Made by a program: the position numbers and the translations under genes. Below, piece after piece: positions 11,101-21,224 of a stretch of 58,401 bases of DNA; positions within the stretch are counted from its first letter, which is position 1, and each line of letters starts with the position of its first letter. The stretch covers positions 62,001-120,401 of IMG/VR virus record IMGVR_UViG_3300002835_000038. One strand, given 5' to 3'. This DNA comes from an uncultured virus (IMG/VR IMGVR_UViG_3300002835_000038). Taxonomy: Duplodnaviria > Heunggongvirae > Uroviricota > Caudoviricetes. The notes under the pieces were generated by a model, which had not been told where the DNA came from, did no database searches, and saw only the letters and a list, made by a program, of their open reading frames with translations.

Positions 11101-12930
11101 TTATGATGTAGAAATTGTCACTTTTATGTCTTTATTAGGGTATTTAATTTCAAACATACCATTAGGTTGTCCGAATAAAGTATATTTACCTAATAAGTCT
11201 ACCTGTCTAGTAGTCTCATCAATATAAGGTTGGGCAATTTCATTTAACGAATATTTACCGTTTTCATTAACTTTATTAAATACTCTTAAATCTGTGACAT
11301 TTAATACACCACCAACATTATTTATATTTTCAATAAGTTGTGAAACATATATATTGTCACCCATATCCCATTTATTTATATCAAAATAATCTGTGATACT
11401 ACTAATGACACCTGAAATGATATCACCTTTAGGTATTGATTTTTCTGCAAAAATATCTACCTCAAAACCTAAATTAATGACTCTACCATTTTTAACTGTT
11501 ACATAGTCATTAATCATTCTATAATCCGCCAAATACTCTGCGATATTCTGTTTTAATGTGGACGTAGCCTCAGTAGTTAATTTAGAGTTTGAGTCTAATG
11601 CCAAAATTGATACGTTAATTTTATTTCTCTCCTCCCATACACCAGTTCTAAATGGTACACCAAATTTACCTGGCATTAATGGTATTCTCGATTGATAATC
11701 TTTGATAGTGACACATCTGTCTTGTGCGGAAAAATTATATCTAACTAAGTTTCTTACTTCATCAATAGATGGTTCTTCTTTCCCACCCAATGCAGGTATC
11801 GGATTGTTAACCGATATACTATTTCTTATAATTCTATTTATATCTGATGAGTCACCATTAATTACTACATTTATGGTACCCAAAGTATTAATGATATTTA
11901 CACCAATGTTACTATCTTCTCCACCACCTATTCTATATCTAACATAGATAGTGTTATCCGTAGGTGGTATTTGACCCAAAGATAAGTTATTAACTGTTTT
12001 ACCAATTCTTTCTATTTGTCCTCTACATCCAACGAAATCGTTTAATTCTGACACATCGGCATCACCTGCACCAAATATAATTTTACAGAAACCATTATCT
12101 GTATATTCTTTAATAAATCTACGAGGTGCGTTTAACCATTTACCTACTGCGATACCCTCTCTATCTGATATCGTATTGTCATCAACAACATAAACTTCCG
12201 CCTGTGCCAATGCAGGTACCTCATACCAACTTATATCGAAATCGCTGAACTCTTCCTCTGTTGGTTGGTTAACTAAATTGGTACCTTCTTTTGTTATAAT
12301 ATTTTCTATTGATAGTACGTTGTCTTCAGGTAAAATAATTTCAAAAAATGGTCGGTAATCACTTCTACTTAATGTTCTTTTATAAGTTTTTGTGATACCG
12401 TTTAACATTATTTCTCTTTTAGTAAGAGTGTAATTTTGAATTATCCCACTTCCATCTATGTTTGGCACTACTAATCTATTTGGTATTCCTCCAGTTGTAA
12501 AAGGGGATGAAAAATCACAATCTTCCATCATTTCGAATACTTTACCCGCACCTGTGGCTTGTGAACCTTTTAAAATTTTAGGTGCATAACTAATATCAAA
12601 TGTATCACCTTTAACTGGAATGTTAGTTACTGTCCAGTCAACTATTGTTATACTCGGTCTTTTTCCTGGTATATTTAATCCAAAAGTTCTAGCCAACTCT
12701 AAAAGTGATGATCTTTCCTGTGCGTAACTGATTTGTGTCTCATTAAACATTCTATCAGTATGGAATGATAACATATCACCAACCGCAGCGTTTAATTCCA
12801 ATAACATCATACCTACAGATGCATCATTAAAATCTGAGAATATTTCTGGATAATATTTTTGTATGAACTCTATTAACTGTTGTCTAACATCTGAGAAGTT
12901 CCTAGCATTGTAATCTATTTTTTTAGCCAT
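11101..12930 (-). CDS. Baseplate wedge subunit (T4 gp6 / baseplate J-like)
   Basis: IDYNARNFSDVRQQL, DFNDASVGMMLLELNAAVGDMLSF, GGKEEPSIDEVR and AQDRCVTIKDY match gp6-family motifs; directly follows a gp25-like gene. Confidence 0.85.
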   Translation of the reverse strand: MAKKIDYNARNFSDVRQQLIEFIQKYYPEIFSDFNDASVGMMLLELNAAVGDMLSFHTDRMFNETQISYAQERSSLLELARTFGLNIPGKRPSITIVDWTVTNIPVKGDTFDISYAPKILKGSQATGAGKVFEMMEDCDFSSPFTTGGIPNRLVVPNIDGSGIIQNYTLTKREIMLNGITKTYKRTLSRSDYRPFFEIILPEDNVLSIENIITKEGTNLVNQPTEEEFSDFDISWYEVPALAQAEVYVVDDNTISDREGIAVGKWLNAPRRFIKEYTDNGFCKIIFGAGDADVSELNDFVGCRGQIERIGKTVNNLSLGQIPPTDNTIYVRYRIGGGEDSNIGVNIINTLGTINVVINGDSSDINRIIRNSISVNNPIPALGGKEEPSIDEVRNLVRYNFSAQDRCVTIKDYQSRIPLMPGKFGVPFRTGVWEERNKINVSILALDSNSKLTTEATSTLKQNIAEYLADYRMINDYVTVKNGRVINLGFEVDIFAEKSIPKGDIISGVISSITDYFDINKWDMGDNIYVSQLIENINNVGGVLNVTDLRVFNKVNENGKYSLNEIAQPYIDETTRQVDLLGKYTLFGQPNGMFEIKYPNKDIKVTISTS

Positions 12931-12932
12931 AT

Positions 12933-13316
12933 TTAAAATGTTAATGTAATTGTATCTGTACTTGTGAAAGTCCCTTCAGTAACTGTATAGGTTAATTCCA
13001 CAATAATTAATTCTTCGATGGTATCATTTCTAAACGATATATCGTTAATCAATAAATTAGGTATAAACCTAATTATTGTTTGATTCAAATTATCCTTAAT
13101 TTGTTCCTGTGTTATTTCATCATTGGGTTCAAAGATGAATTTTTTAAGGTCACTACCGAATTCTGGTAGATATAACCTTTCACCCTTATTAGTTAACAAT
13201 AAATGCAATAAGTCCGCCCTAATAGCGTCCTTATCAGTTTTATTCATTTTAAAATAGAAACCATTGTCACTATCTCTAAAAGGGAAATCAATATTTATAT
13301 ATCTAGTCTTAGCCAT
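12933..13316 (-). CDS. Baseplate wedge / sheath-initiator protein (T4 gp25 / GPW family)
   Basis: AIRADLLHLLLTNKGERLYLPEFGSDLKKFIFEP is the gp25-family signature. Confidence 0.9.
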   Translation of the reverse strand: MAKTRYINIDFPFRDSDNGFYFKMNKTDKDAIRADLLHLLLTNKGERLYLPEFGSDLKKFIFEPNDEITQEQIKDNLNQTIIRFIPNLLINDISFRNDTIEELIIVELTYTVTEGTFTSTDTITLTF

Positions 13317-13376
13317 TCTCTATATAAATATTGTACTATAAATTTTTTGAAAAGAAATGGTAAAATATTAAAAATT

Positions 13377-15473
13377 TTATTTACACTCAACTTTCATATT
13401 AAATACTGTTCTATCCAATGGTGAGAATACTAATATGTTAATTGGCATTTCTTTTTGTTCTTTTGTAATAGTAAATGATGAATTTTTTTTCATAATATTA
13501 TCATATCCCGCACGAACAGATTTATATTTTTCAACATAGACAGGTATATTTTCTAATTTTGTACTATCAATATCTATATTTTTAATTTCATCAGTAACTT
13601 TTTTGGCTTGTGTGTCACCACCTTTAAAAATAGAATCAACTTTAAGTTTTCCACCTACAGAACCAATTGCAGCGTTAATACTTTCGATTAATCCTTCTTT
13701 TTCTTTGTAATACATTAGTTCACCCACAAAATTTCTAGACATATTATTTATTGAACTTATGTCCTCATCATTTTTTACTTTAATATTATGTAGTTGACTC
13801 TTCGACTGTATATACAACATTTTCTTTTTTTCTTCTAAACTTAAGGCAACGTTTTTATATTCCCCATTCCAAACATCACCCATAAATCCACTAAAGAATT
13901 CTTGATCACCGTATTTAACATAAAATGCATCAGGTACCACTAATGAATCAAATGAAACTGTTAAAGTATCACCCTCTCCAACAGGAAAAGTACTATTAAC
14001 TGCCGCTGCTACGAAATTATTAGTTTTAACACCTCTTCCACCTTTAGTTTCCGCGTTATAATTACATTTTAATGGTGGGGGTGGAGTTGCCTTACAGTTA
14101 CATCCAGGAACAATTCTTATTGGTTTATCTTTAGGACAAACACATTCACCTTTATCATTTTTCACTAAATCACCTGTACACTCACATTCTTTTTTATCTA
14201 CATTATATACTGTACATTCAGGGCAATTTGGACAACTACAATCATCTAATACAGGTATTTTACCTGCCGCATCACAATAACACTTATCGTTTATTGTAAA
14301 TGTACCCTCTTTACATTTACAATTACCGTCTTTGTCTTTTTCCATACATTTAGGACAAGGACAACCACAATTTTCATCAGGTGCCTTCTTACCTTCTTTA
14401 TCACAATAACATTTACCGTCAGAACCTTTAATTAAACCTTCTTTACACTCACATTCACCATCTTCAACCAATCTTTCCATACAATTAGGACATGGTTCTT
14501 TATCTTTTTTTCTACATTCACATCCTTCTTTAACATAATTAGGAGGACATTCACATTGTTTTGTTTCTTCGTTATATGTCATACCTTCAGGACACGTACA
14601 TTTACCACTTTCGTCCTTTGTCATACAAGGATCTGGACATGGTTCTTTTAGTGTATAACATACTTTTGCAGTAACCGCAACTATTTGTCCAGGATTAAGT
14701 TTACGTGACGCAATGTCTGTTTTCCAATTCTCATCAACATTGTCTTTAGTATATAAACTACCACCATCTTCGTATACAGGTACTGTTGTTGGATCAATTT
14801 TAATTCCATATTTTTTACCTTCCTTATTTAAAGCATCGACAATACCATTATATAAATTAACCGCCCTATTCTTTGCCAATTTTTGGTTGGTGCCTTGATT
14901 ACCAGGATATTTTGCCAATTTTTTACCAGTGAATGGTTTGAATTCAAATTCTGTACATACACCACCATAATCACGATCAGGTAAGACTGACCAATTTTTA
15001 CAGTAATCATTAGCAAATTGTGGTTCTACCGCACCACCATAATAATTACTAGCAAATCCTTGAAGAGTGATTTCTCTGATATACATAGTACCACTATCTA
15101 AACCTTTTTTATATTCTGGATTAGAATTAATAACATTTCTTACTTCAGTTAAAAAATTATCTACTGCTGCAGATCCTTTCGGTACATTTACCACAAATCT
15201 ACCAGTGGCTTTTATTTTAAAACATTCATTTTTATCTGGTAATATCGGTTCTCCCTTTTTACCTTCCACTTCACCAGTACCTTTAGAGTCTTCTTTGGTT
15301 TTTGATTCTTCTCCTTTGTTTTCGGAAGGTTTTTCCGCAGTATTTTTTGTGGGTTCGTCACCTTCTGGATCAGCACTCGTACTTACTTCAGTAATAGGTG
15401 TACCTTTCTCGTACACCATTAAATTTTTTATCCTATCTAATTCTTCAAATAAATTTCTCATACTATTAACCAA
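13377..15473 (-). CDS. Leader-bearing protein with an OmpA-C-like domain and Cys-rich CxC repeats (likely start MRNLFEEL at 15461)
   Basis: Leader LFEELDRIKNLM; ITLQGFAS...NQKLAKNRA resembles the OmpA-like peptidoglycan-binding motif; a tract of CxCP/CxC repeats at about 14090-14645. Confidence 0.55.
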   Translation of the reverse strand: MVNSMRNLFEELDRIKNLMVYEKGTPITEVSTSADPEGDEPTKNTAEKPSENKGEESKTKEDSKGTGEVEGKKGEPILPDKNECFKIKATGRFVVNVPKGSAAVDNFLTEVRNVINSNPEYKKGLDSGTMYIREITLQGFASNYYGGAVEPQFANDYCKNWSVLPDRDYGGVCTEFEFKPFTGKKLAKYPGNQGTNQKLAKNRAVNLYNGIVDALNKEGKKYGIKIDPTTVPVYEDGGSLYTKDNVDENWKTDIASRKLNPGQIVAVTAKVCYTLKEPCPDPCMTKDESGKCTCPEGMTYNEETKQCECPPNYVKEGCECRKKDKEPCPNCMERLVEDGECECKEGLIKGSDGKCYCDKEGKKAPDENCGCPCPKCMEKDKDGNCKCKEGTFTINDKCYCDAAGKIPVLDDCSCPNCPECTVYNVDKKECECTGDLVKNDKGECVCPKDKPIRIVPGCNCKATPPPPLKCNYNAETKGGRGVKTNNFVAAAVNSTFPVGEGDTLTVSFDSLVVPDAFYVKYGDQEFFSGFMGDVWNGEYKNVALSLEEKKKMLYIQSKSQLHNIKVKNDEDISSINNMSRNFVGELMYYKEKEGLIESINAAIGSVGGKLKVDSIFKGGDTQAKKVTDEIKNIDIDSTKLENIPVYVEKYKSVRAGYDNIMKKNSSFTITKEQKEMPINILVFSPLDRTVFNMKVECK

Positions 15474-15478
15474 TTTTT

Positions 15479-15509
15479 TTGGCAGTTAAAAAAATATATA
15501 CTATATTTG
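15479..15509 (+). promoter_or_regulatory. Putative host-RNAP (early) promoter of the metalloprotease gene
   Basis: TTGGCA-N17-TATATTTG, the same architecture as the sites at 23207-23237 and 25214-25244. Confidence 0.55.
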
Positions 15510-15530
15510 TTATATAAATACTTAACAACT

Positions 15531-16088
15531 ATGAAAAAAATACTTTTCACCCTTTTATTTTTAAATAGTATTTTATGTTTTTCTCAGAAAAATTTTACTA
15601 TGGCTGAGTTTAATTTAATCACAGATAATGGTCAAAAATGGAATAATAATATTAAGATTTTCATTTATGGAGACTGTAGTTTTAGTGATTCAGTAACAAT
15701 TGTAAAGACAATCACTGAGTTCAATTCTATTTTAGAGACAGTTCAAATAGAGTTGGTTGATGATATATCATTATCAAATACTGTAATGTATTTTACAACT
15801 GATAATGATTTTATTAAACTTTTCCCTTGGAGTGAGAAGGATGTTAAAAATTCTACAGGTATAACTTATACTAATGTTGCTGGTAAAAAAATTACTAAGG
15901 TTAGATTACATATTGATATTACTGAATGTAGAAAATACTCATGTATGCCCATAACTATTAGGCACGAAATGTTCCATATTTTAGGTTTTGGTCATATAGA
16001 AAATGAAAAAAATACTATACTTAAAAGTCGTAGTGAAGAGTTTAGTGAAAGGGATAAGGAAATGATTTCTTTATTATATAAAAAATAA
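15531..16088 (+). CDS. Secreted zinc metalloprotease (metzincin / matrixin-like)
   Basis: HEMFHILGFGH fits HExxHxxGxxH. Signal peptide MKKILFTLLFLNSILCFSQ from the ATG at 15531 (the ORF track starts at 15507). Confidence 0.8.
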   Translation: MKKILFTLLFLNSILCFSQKNFTMAEFNLITDNGQKWNNNIKIFIYGDCSFSDSVTIVKTITEFNSILETVQIELVDDISLSNTVMYFTTDNDFIKLFPWSEKDVKNSTGITYTNVAGKKITKVRLHIDITECRKYSCMPITIRHEMFHILGFGHIENEKNTILKSRSEEFSERDKEMISLLYKK

Positions 16089-16113
16089 AAGTCGGATTTC
16101 TCCGACTTTTTTT
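16087..16113. terminator. Bidirectional intrinsic terminator
   Basis: AAAAGTCGGA-TTTC-TCCGACTTTT hairpin flanked by A and T tracts, between convergent genes. Confidence 0.85.
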
Positions 16114-16324
16114 AGTTCAAGTTTTTTGTACCTTTTAAATGTTTAGGTTCATAGGGGCAGTGTTTACAACCACTACCACAACAACTTCCTCTTCGTTTAT
16201 GGTATTCTTCAGTCATGACTATCCTTCCTTGATTATCATAATAGAATTCATCTGGTTGTAATTTAGGTCCGAACTCTCTAACATATAATTGTTGTACCCA
16301 ATCTTTAGATGCGCCTACATTCAT
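16112..16324 (-). CDS. Small Cys-rich protein (DUF5522-like)
   Basis: VMTEEYHKRRGSCCGSGCKHCPY matches the RGxCCxxGCxHCPY motif; 2 nt downstream of the RNR stop. Confidence 0.75.
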   Translation of the reverse strand: MNVGASKDWVQQLYVREFGPKLQPDEFYYDNQGRIVMTEEYHKRRGSCCGSGCKHCPYEPKHLKGTKNLN

Positions 16325-16326
16325 AA

Positions 16327-18186
16327 TTACACTATTTCACATGCTCCCCCAGCACAAGCAACTTCGCCAGAAAGGTTAGTATTATCCTGTAGTTCAATAA
16401 CTTTAGTTAAATCTAAGTTACTTAAAGACTTCATCATTTTTTCATAAGTTTGTTCATCACAATCCTCAAAAGGTGCTTGTTGGTACGTCCCCCCATTATA
16501 TGGTAATACTGATAATCCATTATAGAATTTTCTGTTTTCCCACATCCATTCACCAGCGTATTCCCACTCATCTTCTTTCAAAGAAATTGTTGCGGATACA
16601 TTATGACTATTTTGTCCACTTCTATGTCCTGGTTTAATCCACTCTTGAGATACTTTTTTTACTCTTTCTAATAAATCAAAAGAGGATTCGTATCTTAAAA
16701 TAGATCCTTCAGGTGATTTTTGTGGTATAGAAATAACTGCAGTATCGTGAGGTCTGAATATTTCATCCTCTATTAATTCAGGATGATTAACAGACAAATA
16801 AGTATAAATAGCCTCATTTTTTCCAACTCTAATTCTTCTAACATAATAGTCATTATGCCAAGCGTGAATGCCTGATGAAGTACCTAAAACTAAAGATGAT
16901 GTACCTGAAGGTTTTACTGTTGTAGTTCTAGCCGCATTATTAATACCAATTAATTTTGCAACTCTTTCGTTTTCTTCTTTTACTGCCTTTGCCGCTAATT
17001 TCATATCATAGCCTAAAACTACTCCAGAACCAATACCTGTCATACCGACACCAATCAATGCGTCTTTCTCTGTAGTTCTTTTCCAAACATCTCTTAGGTA
17101 ATGGAAGTCAGTATAACCAGCCTGTAGTGTACCAATAAATGCGGCACCCTTAACTCTGATTTCAAAATCTTCTTGAGATTCAATATCTGAAGCATTTACC
17201 TCACATAAATTACAGAATTGGTATGGTCTCAAACCAATCTCACAACAAGGGTTAGTACCCCAATCTTTATCGTTAGATAAGTAAATTCCTGGTTCACCTG
17301 CTCCTGATAATTCAATTCTCTTCCACAAGTCTAAGAAAAATTCTTTTGTAATTTTGTGTCTAAGTAATACTGCTGAGTTATTCGCCCTTCCTCTTTGTGG
17401 ATTCAATTCCCACCAGTTACCTGATTTACACGAAATCATCTCATTATCATCCGCACTAAATAAACTAATTAATGCTGCTCTTCTAATACCACCAGCCAAT
17501 ACCGCATCTGCAATATGACAAACTATATCGTGAACCTCAATAGATGATAATTTTTCACCATCAGATTTAGCATCTAATACTTTTTTAATATTGTGAATAC
17601 AATCTTTTAACGGTTGTGGTCCAGGTGCCTTTCCACCTGATGTTACTAATAATGCCCCTTTTTGTCTAATATCTGAAAAATCAAATACTGGCGTCGATGA
17701 CTTTATACCAAAATAAGATTCCACTAACATCTTAATTGCATCTGCCCATCCTTCAATAGAGTCACTAATTAAGTATCTTCTATTTCTATTAGGGTTTGGT
17801 TTTTTAATGTCAGGTAATGCCTCAACATGATGTTTTTGTACTGAGAACCCTACACCTGTACCACCTAAAAGTAAAAACATAGTTTCTGAAAATGCGTCCA
17901 CATGATCAATAGGTAAATATGCGCAATTATATACTCTGTTAGGTGATATTTCTATAGGTTTACCACCGAACTGTAAACTTCTCATTGATGGTAATATTTT
18001 TTTGTCATACACCAATTGATAAACCCCTTCAATTTCATCTTTAATATGAGGGTATTTTTTTTGATGCATTTCTTTATTTCTTGTAACTAACTCTTCCCAA
18101 GTCTCTCTTCTATTTTCAGTAGGTAGATATTTTGCATATTTCATATATACCGTAATGTCTGATAGAATTTTGTTTGATAACTCCAT
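16327..18186 (-). CDS. nrdJ: Class II (adenosylcobalamin-dependent) ribonucleotide reductase, monomeric RTPR type
   Basis: LPSMRSLQFGG, YNCAY, GGIRRAALISL, GTNPCCEIGL (thiyl Cys), FCNLCEVN, TTVKPSGT and C-terminal CAGGACEIV; no beta subunit gene adjacent. Confidence 0.9.
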   Translation of the reverse strand: MELSNKILSDITVYMKYAKYLPTENRRETWEELVTRNKEMHQKKYPHIKDEIEGVYQLVYDKKILPSMRSLQFGGKPIEISPNRVYNCAYLPIDHVDAFSETMFLLLGGTGVGFSVQKHHVEALPDIKKPNPNRNRRYLISDSIEGWADAIKMLVESYFGIKSSTPVFDFSDIRQKGALLVTSGGKAPGPQPLKDCIHNIKKVLDAKSDGEKLSSIEVHDIVCHIADAVLAGGIRRAALISLFSADDNEMISCKSGNWWELNPQRGRANNSAVLLRHKITKEFFLDLWKRIELSGAGEPGIYLSNDKDWGTNPCCEIGLRPYQFCNLCEVNASDIESQEDFEIRVKGAAFIGTLQAGYTDFHYLRDVWKRTTEKDALIGVGMTGIGSGVVLGYDMKLAAKAVKEENERVAKLIGINNAARTTTVKPSGTSSLVLGTSSGIHAWHNDYYVRRIRVGKNEAIYTYLSVNHPELIEDEIFRPHDTAVISIPQKSPEGSILRYESSFDLLERVKKVSQEWIKPGHRSGQNSHNVSATISLKEDEWEYAGEWMWENRKFYNGLSVLPYNGGTYQQAPFEDCDEQTYEKMMKSLSNLDLTKVIELQDNTNLSGEVACAGGACEIV

Positions 18187-18274
18187 TTTTTATTTTATTT
18201 TTTTTATTATTTATTAGGGTGTTTGTTTCCATAATGGTTTATTAGATAAACCATTCATTTTATTAATTTATAAA

Positions 18275-19666
18275 TCAGTTATTAGTCATTGGTATATTCC
18301 TTTTATTTTGAATTGTACTCGCTATAAAATCGGAATCTTTCCTTTTCTGTCCCTTTTCATGTTGTAAAAGTGTGACATCTGTACTTTCACTAGTATCTAT
18401 ATTTAAAGTACCATTATCAAAAACTATGTCTGTAAAAACAACACCATCTCTACCAAATCTAGATTTAAGAACTGCTAATGTAGCCCTACCTTCTTCTTTC
18501 TGATCCAACGTCTTCGCTACGGATAAAATAAAATGCCCTATTTGTCCTTTCTTAATTGATCCACCCATCATATTTGCCTCAACTAAGTCTGCACCAATCG
18601 CACTACGATTACCTTGTACTGCAGTCCACCCAGCAATGTCTAATTCAGACAACATTGTTTCAAATTGTCTCATAACATTACCTTCACCACTAAACTCATC
18701 TTTAAATTGTTTAGTAGGTTGTACACAATCAATGTAATCTAAAAATACGATATCAGGTTTAATACCAGAAGAAATTAATTTTCTAAGATATTGTTTAATA
18801 TGAGGTACAGTTGTACCATCACTAGACATTTTCTTTAAAATTAAATTACCTTCTTGATTTTGGAATCTAGGGATGATTTCTTGAACTTCCTCTCTTCTAT
18901 CACCTAATTCATTTAAATCAATACCAGTGAAACAAGTTAAGTGTTTTCTTTGAATAACTTTAACATTATCCTCAAAAAATATTTGAACTACGTTCTTTCC
19001 ATCCAAATATGCGGTGTTAGCCATTCTCGTCATAATGGTTGTTTTACCAACACCAAATGCTGCCAATATTACACCTAATTCTCCCTTAGATAATCCACCA
19101 CCCATAAGATTATCAATTCCTACTAAACCTGTCGGTATAGGGTTTCTAAAATCATCCGATAGCACATCTTCAATAGCGTGAAACATATCAACACCTTCGT
19201 CTTTCTCAGTACCAACCGTTATAGCCCGTTTTACTAATTCTTCACACTCTTCATATCTATCAAAATCTCCATTATCTAAAATCTTTTGGATTTTTTGTGT
19301 AGCCTTCTTAAGTTCTTGTTGTTTGCAGAACTTAATGGCAACGTCTTGGGTGTGTAAACAGTCTTTATTGTCAGATTCTTTTACTTCTTTAATTAATTCA
19401 ACTGCCGATTCTCTCGCTATTTCTCTACGGACTTGTGTTTTAATTAGATTAAAGATAGTTTCATAAGAAGGTATTGTTTCATACTTTTCATAGTAATCTT
19501 TCAAACTAGCCACAATTAGTCTCATATACTCATTATCAAAATAGTTTGGATCAACTATTGAGATGATGCTTTCTGAAAATTTATGATCTTCAACTAATTG
19601 TTTAACTAACTTTATTTGAAAACTATAGCCTAAATAGCCTAAGTTAATACTCTCATTTTTCGCCAT
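18275..19666 (-). CDS. dnaB: Replicative DNA helicase, DnaB / T4 gp41-like
   Basis: IPTGLVGIDNLMGGGLSKGELGVILAAFGVGKT (Walker A), IVFLDYID (Walker B), TAVQGNR, LKSRFG. Confidence 0.9.
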   Translation of the reverse strand: MAKNESINLGYLGYSFQIKLVKQLVEDHKFSESIISIVDPNYFDNEYMRLIVASLKDYYEKYETIPSYETIFNLIKTQVRREIARESAVELIKEVKESDNKDCLHTQDVAIKFCKQQELKKATQKIQKILDNGDFDRYEECEELVKRAITVGTEKDEGVDMFHAIEDVLSDDFRNPIPTGLVGIDNLMGGGLSKGELGVILAAFGVGKTTIMTRMANTAYLDGKNVVQIFFEDNVKVIQRKHLTCFTGIDLNELGDRREEVQEIIPRFQNQEGNLILKKMSSDGTTVPHIKQYLRKLISSGIKPDIVFLDYIDCVQPTKQFKDEFSGEGNVMRQFETMLSELDIAGWTAVQGNRSAIGADLVEANMMGGSIKKGQIGHFILSVAKTLDQKEEGRATLAVLKSRFGRDGVVFTDIVFDNGTLNIDTSESTDVTLLQHEKGQKRKDSDFIASTIQNKRNIPMTNN

Positions 19667-19680
19667 TCTTATATCTGATT

Positions 19681-20163
19681 TTAGTTATTAATAAATATGC
19701 CATCTAAGTTATAACCGCAGTAATTTTTTGTATAATTTTTCATACTTAACCCATGTTGCAAATAATCGATGATTCTTGGAATAATTTTTCTTATGTCTAC
19801 GTCATATCTCACGTTTGGTGGGTAATCGTTACCACTAAAAATTCTTTCACATATAACTCTGTCTTTCACTTTTAATTGTAAAGTAAAGAAGTCTTCGTTT
19901 TCATATATGTCAACCTTTTCAGTTTCCTCTGCCGTAGTATAGAAGTTATAATACTTTTCCATATAATCATATGTATTATTTTTAAAATGTTCTTTTATAA
20001 CATCTACTACACTATCTATAGTTTCTTTTATTTCGTAAGATAATAGAGAGTCTCTATTGAAATTTTTAACATTAAAATTTCTACCTACGATTGGGTTTCC
20101 GTTAATCATAAATAAAAATTCATACGGATAACTTTGATAACTTTTTTTCATTTCTTTATTCAT
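19681..20163 (-). CDS. Hypothetical protein in the replication operon (160 aa)
   Basis: Overlaps the exonuclease stop; sits between exonuclease and helicase. Confidence 0.65.
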   Translation of the reverse strand: MNKEMKKSYQSYPYEFLFMINGNPIVGRNFNVKNFNRDSLLSYEIKETIDSVVDVIKEHFKNNTYDYMEKYYNFYTTAEETEKVDIYENEDFFTLQLKVKDRVICERIFSGNDYPPNVRYDVDIRKIIPRIIDYLQHGLSMKNYTKNYCGYNLDGIFINN

Positions 20164-21199
20164 AATTTTGACTGTAATAACTTTTTTCTTTCTTTATTAT
20201 CGATAGGAATGGTTGTAAAAAATTTATATACCCATCTCTACCTCCAGGTATTGCCATCATTAACCCATCTTCTAACATCATTTTTATTACATTTTTTACT
20301 TCCCTTCCTTCAGGATCTATTGGGGTGTTAAAAACGTTATCTAATTCTGTTTTAGTTGTTTCTGTTAATAAGGGATTACCTAGATTTATAATTCTTTCAT
20401 TTATTTCAAAAATCTTATCTTTTTGAGAACCTTTGGTAACTCTATTTAGTATGTTATCAAGTGATTTCAATCTATTTTTTCTTTCATTTTGTATACTTAC
20501 AATTTTACTAAAAATATATTCTAAAGTCAAAGTTTTTTCCTTAATTTCTGGAAAAAAATTAACTAAAGTTTTTTCACTGATACCTTGTATACCTTTGATA
20601 TTGTCACTAGTATCACCAGTAATGATTTTTATTAATTTAAGATTTGTTGGGTGGTGATTAAAATATGTTAAATAATTGTCCTGTGTGACAATCCTTTTTA
20701 GATTAATTACATATACACCAACCCTTTCACCTATTAGTTGACATAAATCTCTATCATTACTCATTATAACCACTTTCTCATCTTCAGACATATTTTGAAC
20801 ATAGTGTCCGATACAATCATCGGCTTCTGTAATTTCATCTCTATATTGTCGTATGAATAGTTCTTCACAATAAGCAATAACCCTTTCTTTTTGTAGATAT
20901 AATTCTAAATCAGAAGGTGGTTGTTCATTATAGAAATCTTTATCTCTATTAGATTTATATTCTTTGTAGATATCATATCTCAATCTACCACTGAATTGTC
21001 CATCCCAAAAAACATACACTCTATCAAATTTATACTCGTTTAACATTTTTCTAACCATAGTTAGGAATTGAAAAATCCCACCTATATGGGTATCTTTATA
21101 ATAAAGATCCTTAGCCCCATGATAGGCGGTTTTAATCAACGAGTCACCATCAACAACAAGTGTTTTTTTAAATTTTTTCTTTTTTTCTGGGAATTTCAC
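20156..21199 (-). CDS. 5'-3' exonuclease / flap endonuclease (T4 RNase H, PolA N-terminal family)
   Basis: LVVDGDSL, VFWDG, YKSNR, EADDCI, SNDRDLCQL and GDTSDNIKGIQGISEKT (H3TH); GTG start. Confidence 0.9.
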   Translation of the reverse strand: MKFPEKKKKFKKTLVVDGDSLIKTAYHGAKDLYYKDTHIGGIFQFLTMVRKMLNEYKFDRVYVFWDGQFSGRLRYDIYKEYKSNRDKDFYNEQPPSDLELYLQKERVIAYCEELFIRQYRDEITEADDCIGHYVQNMSEDEKVVIMSNDRDLCQLIGERVGVYVINLKRIVTQDNYLTYFNHHPTNLKLIKIITGDTSDNIKGIQGISEKTLVNFFPEIKEKTLTLEYIFSKIVSIQNERKNRLKSLDNILNRVTKGSQKDKIFEINERIINLGNPLLTETTKTELDNVFNTPIDPEGREVKNVIKMMLEDGLMMAIPGGRDGYINFLQPFLSIIKKEKSYYSQNYE

Positions 21200-21224
21200 A
21201 CATTCTTTATTGAAGGTTCAACAA

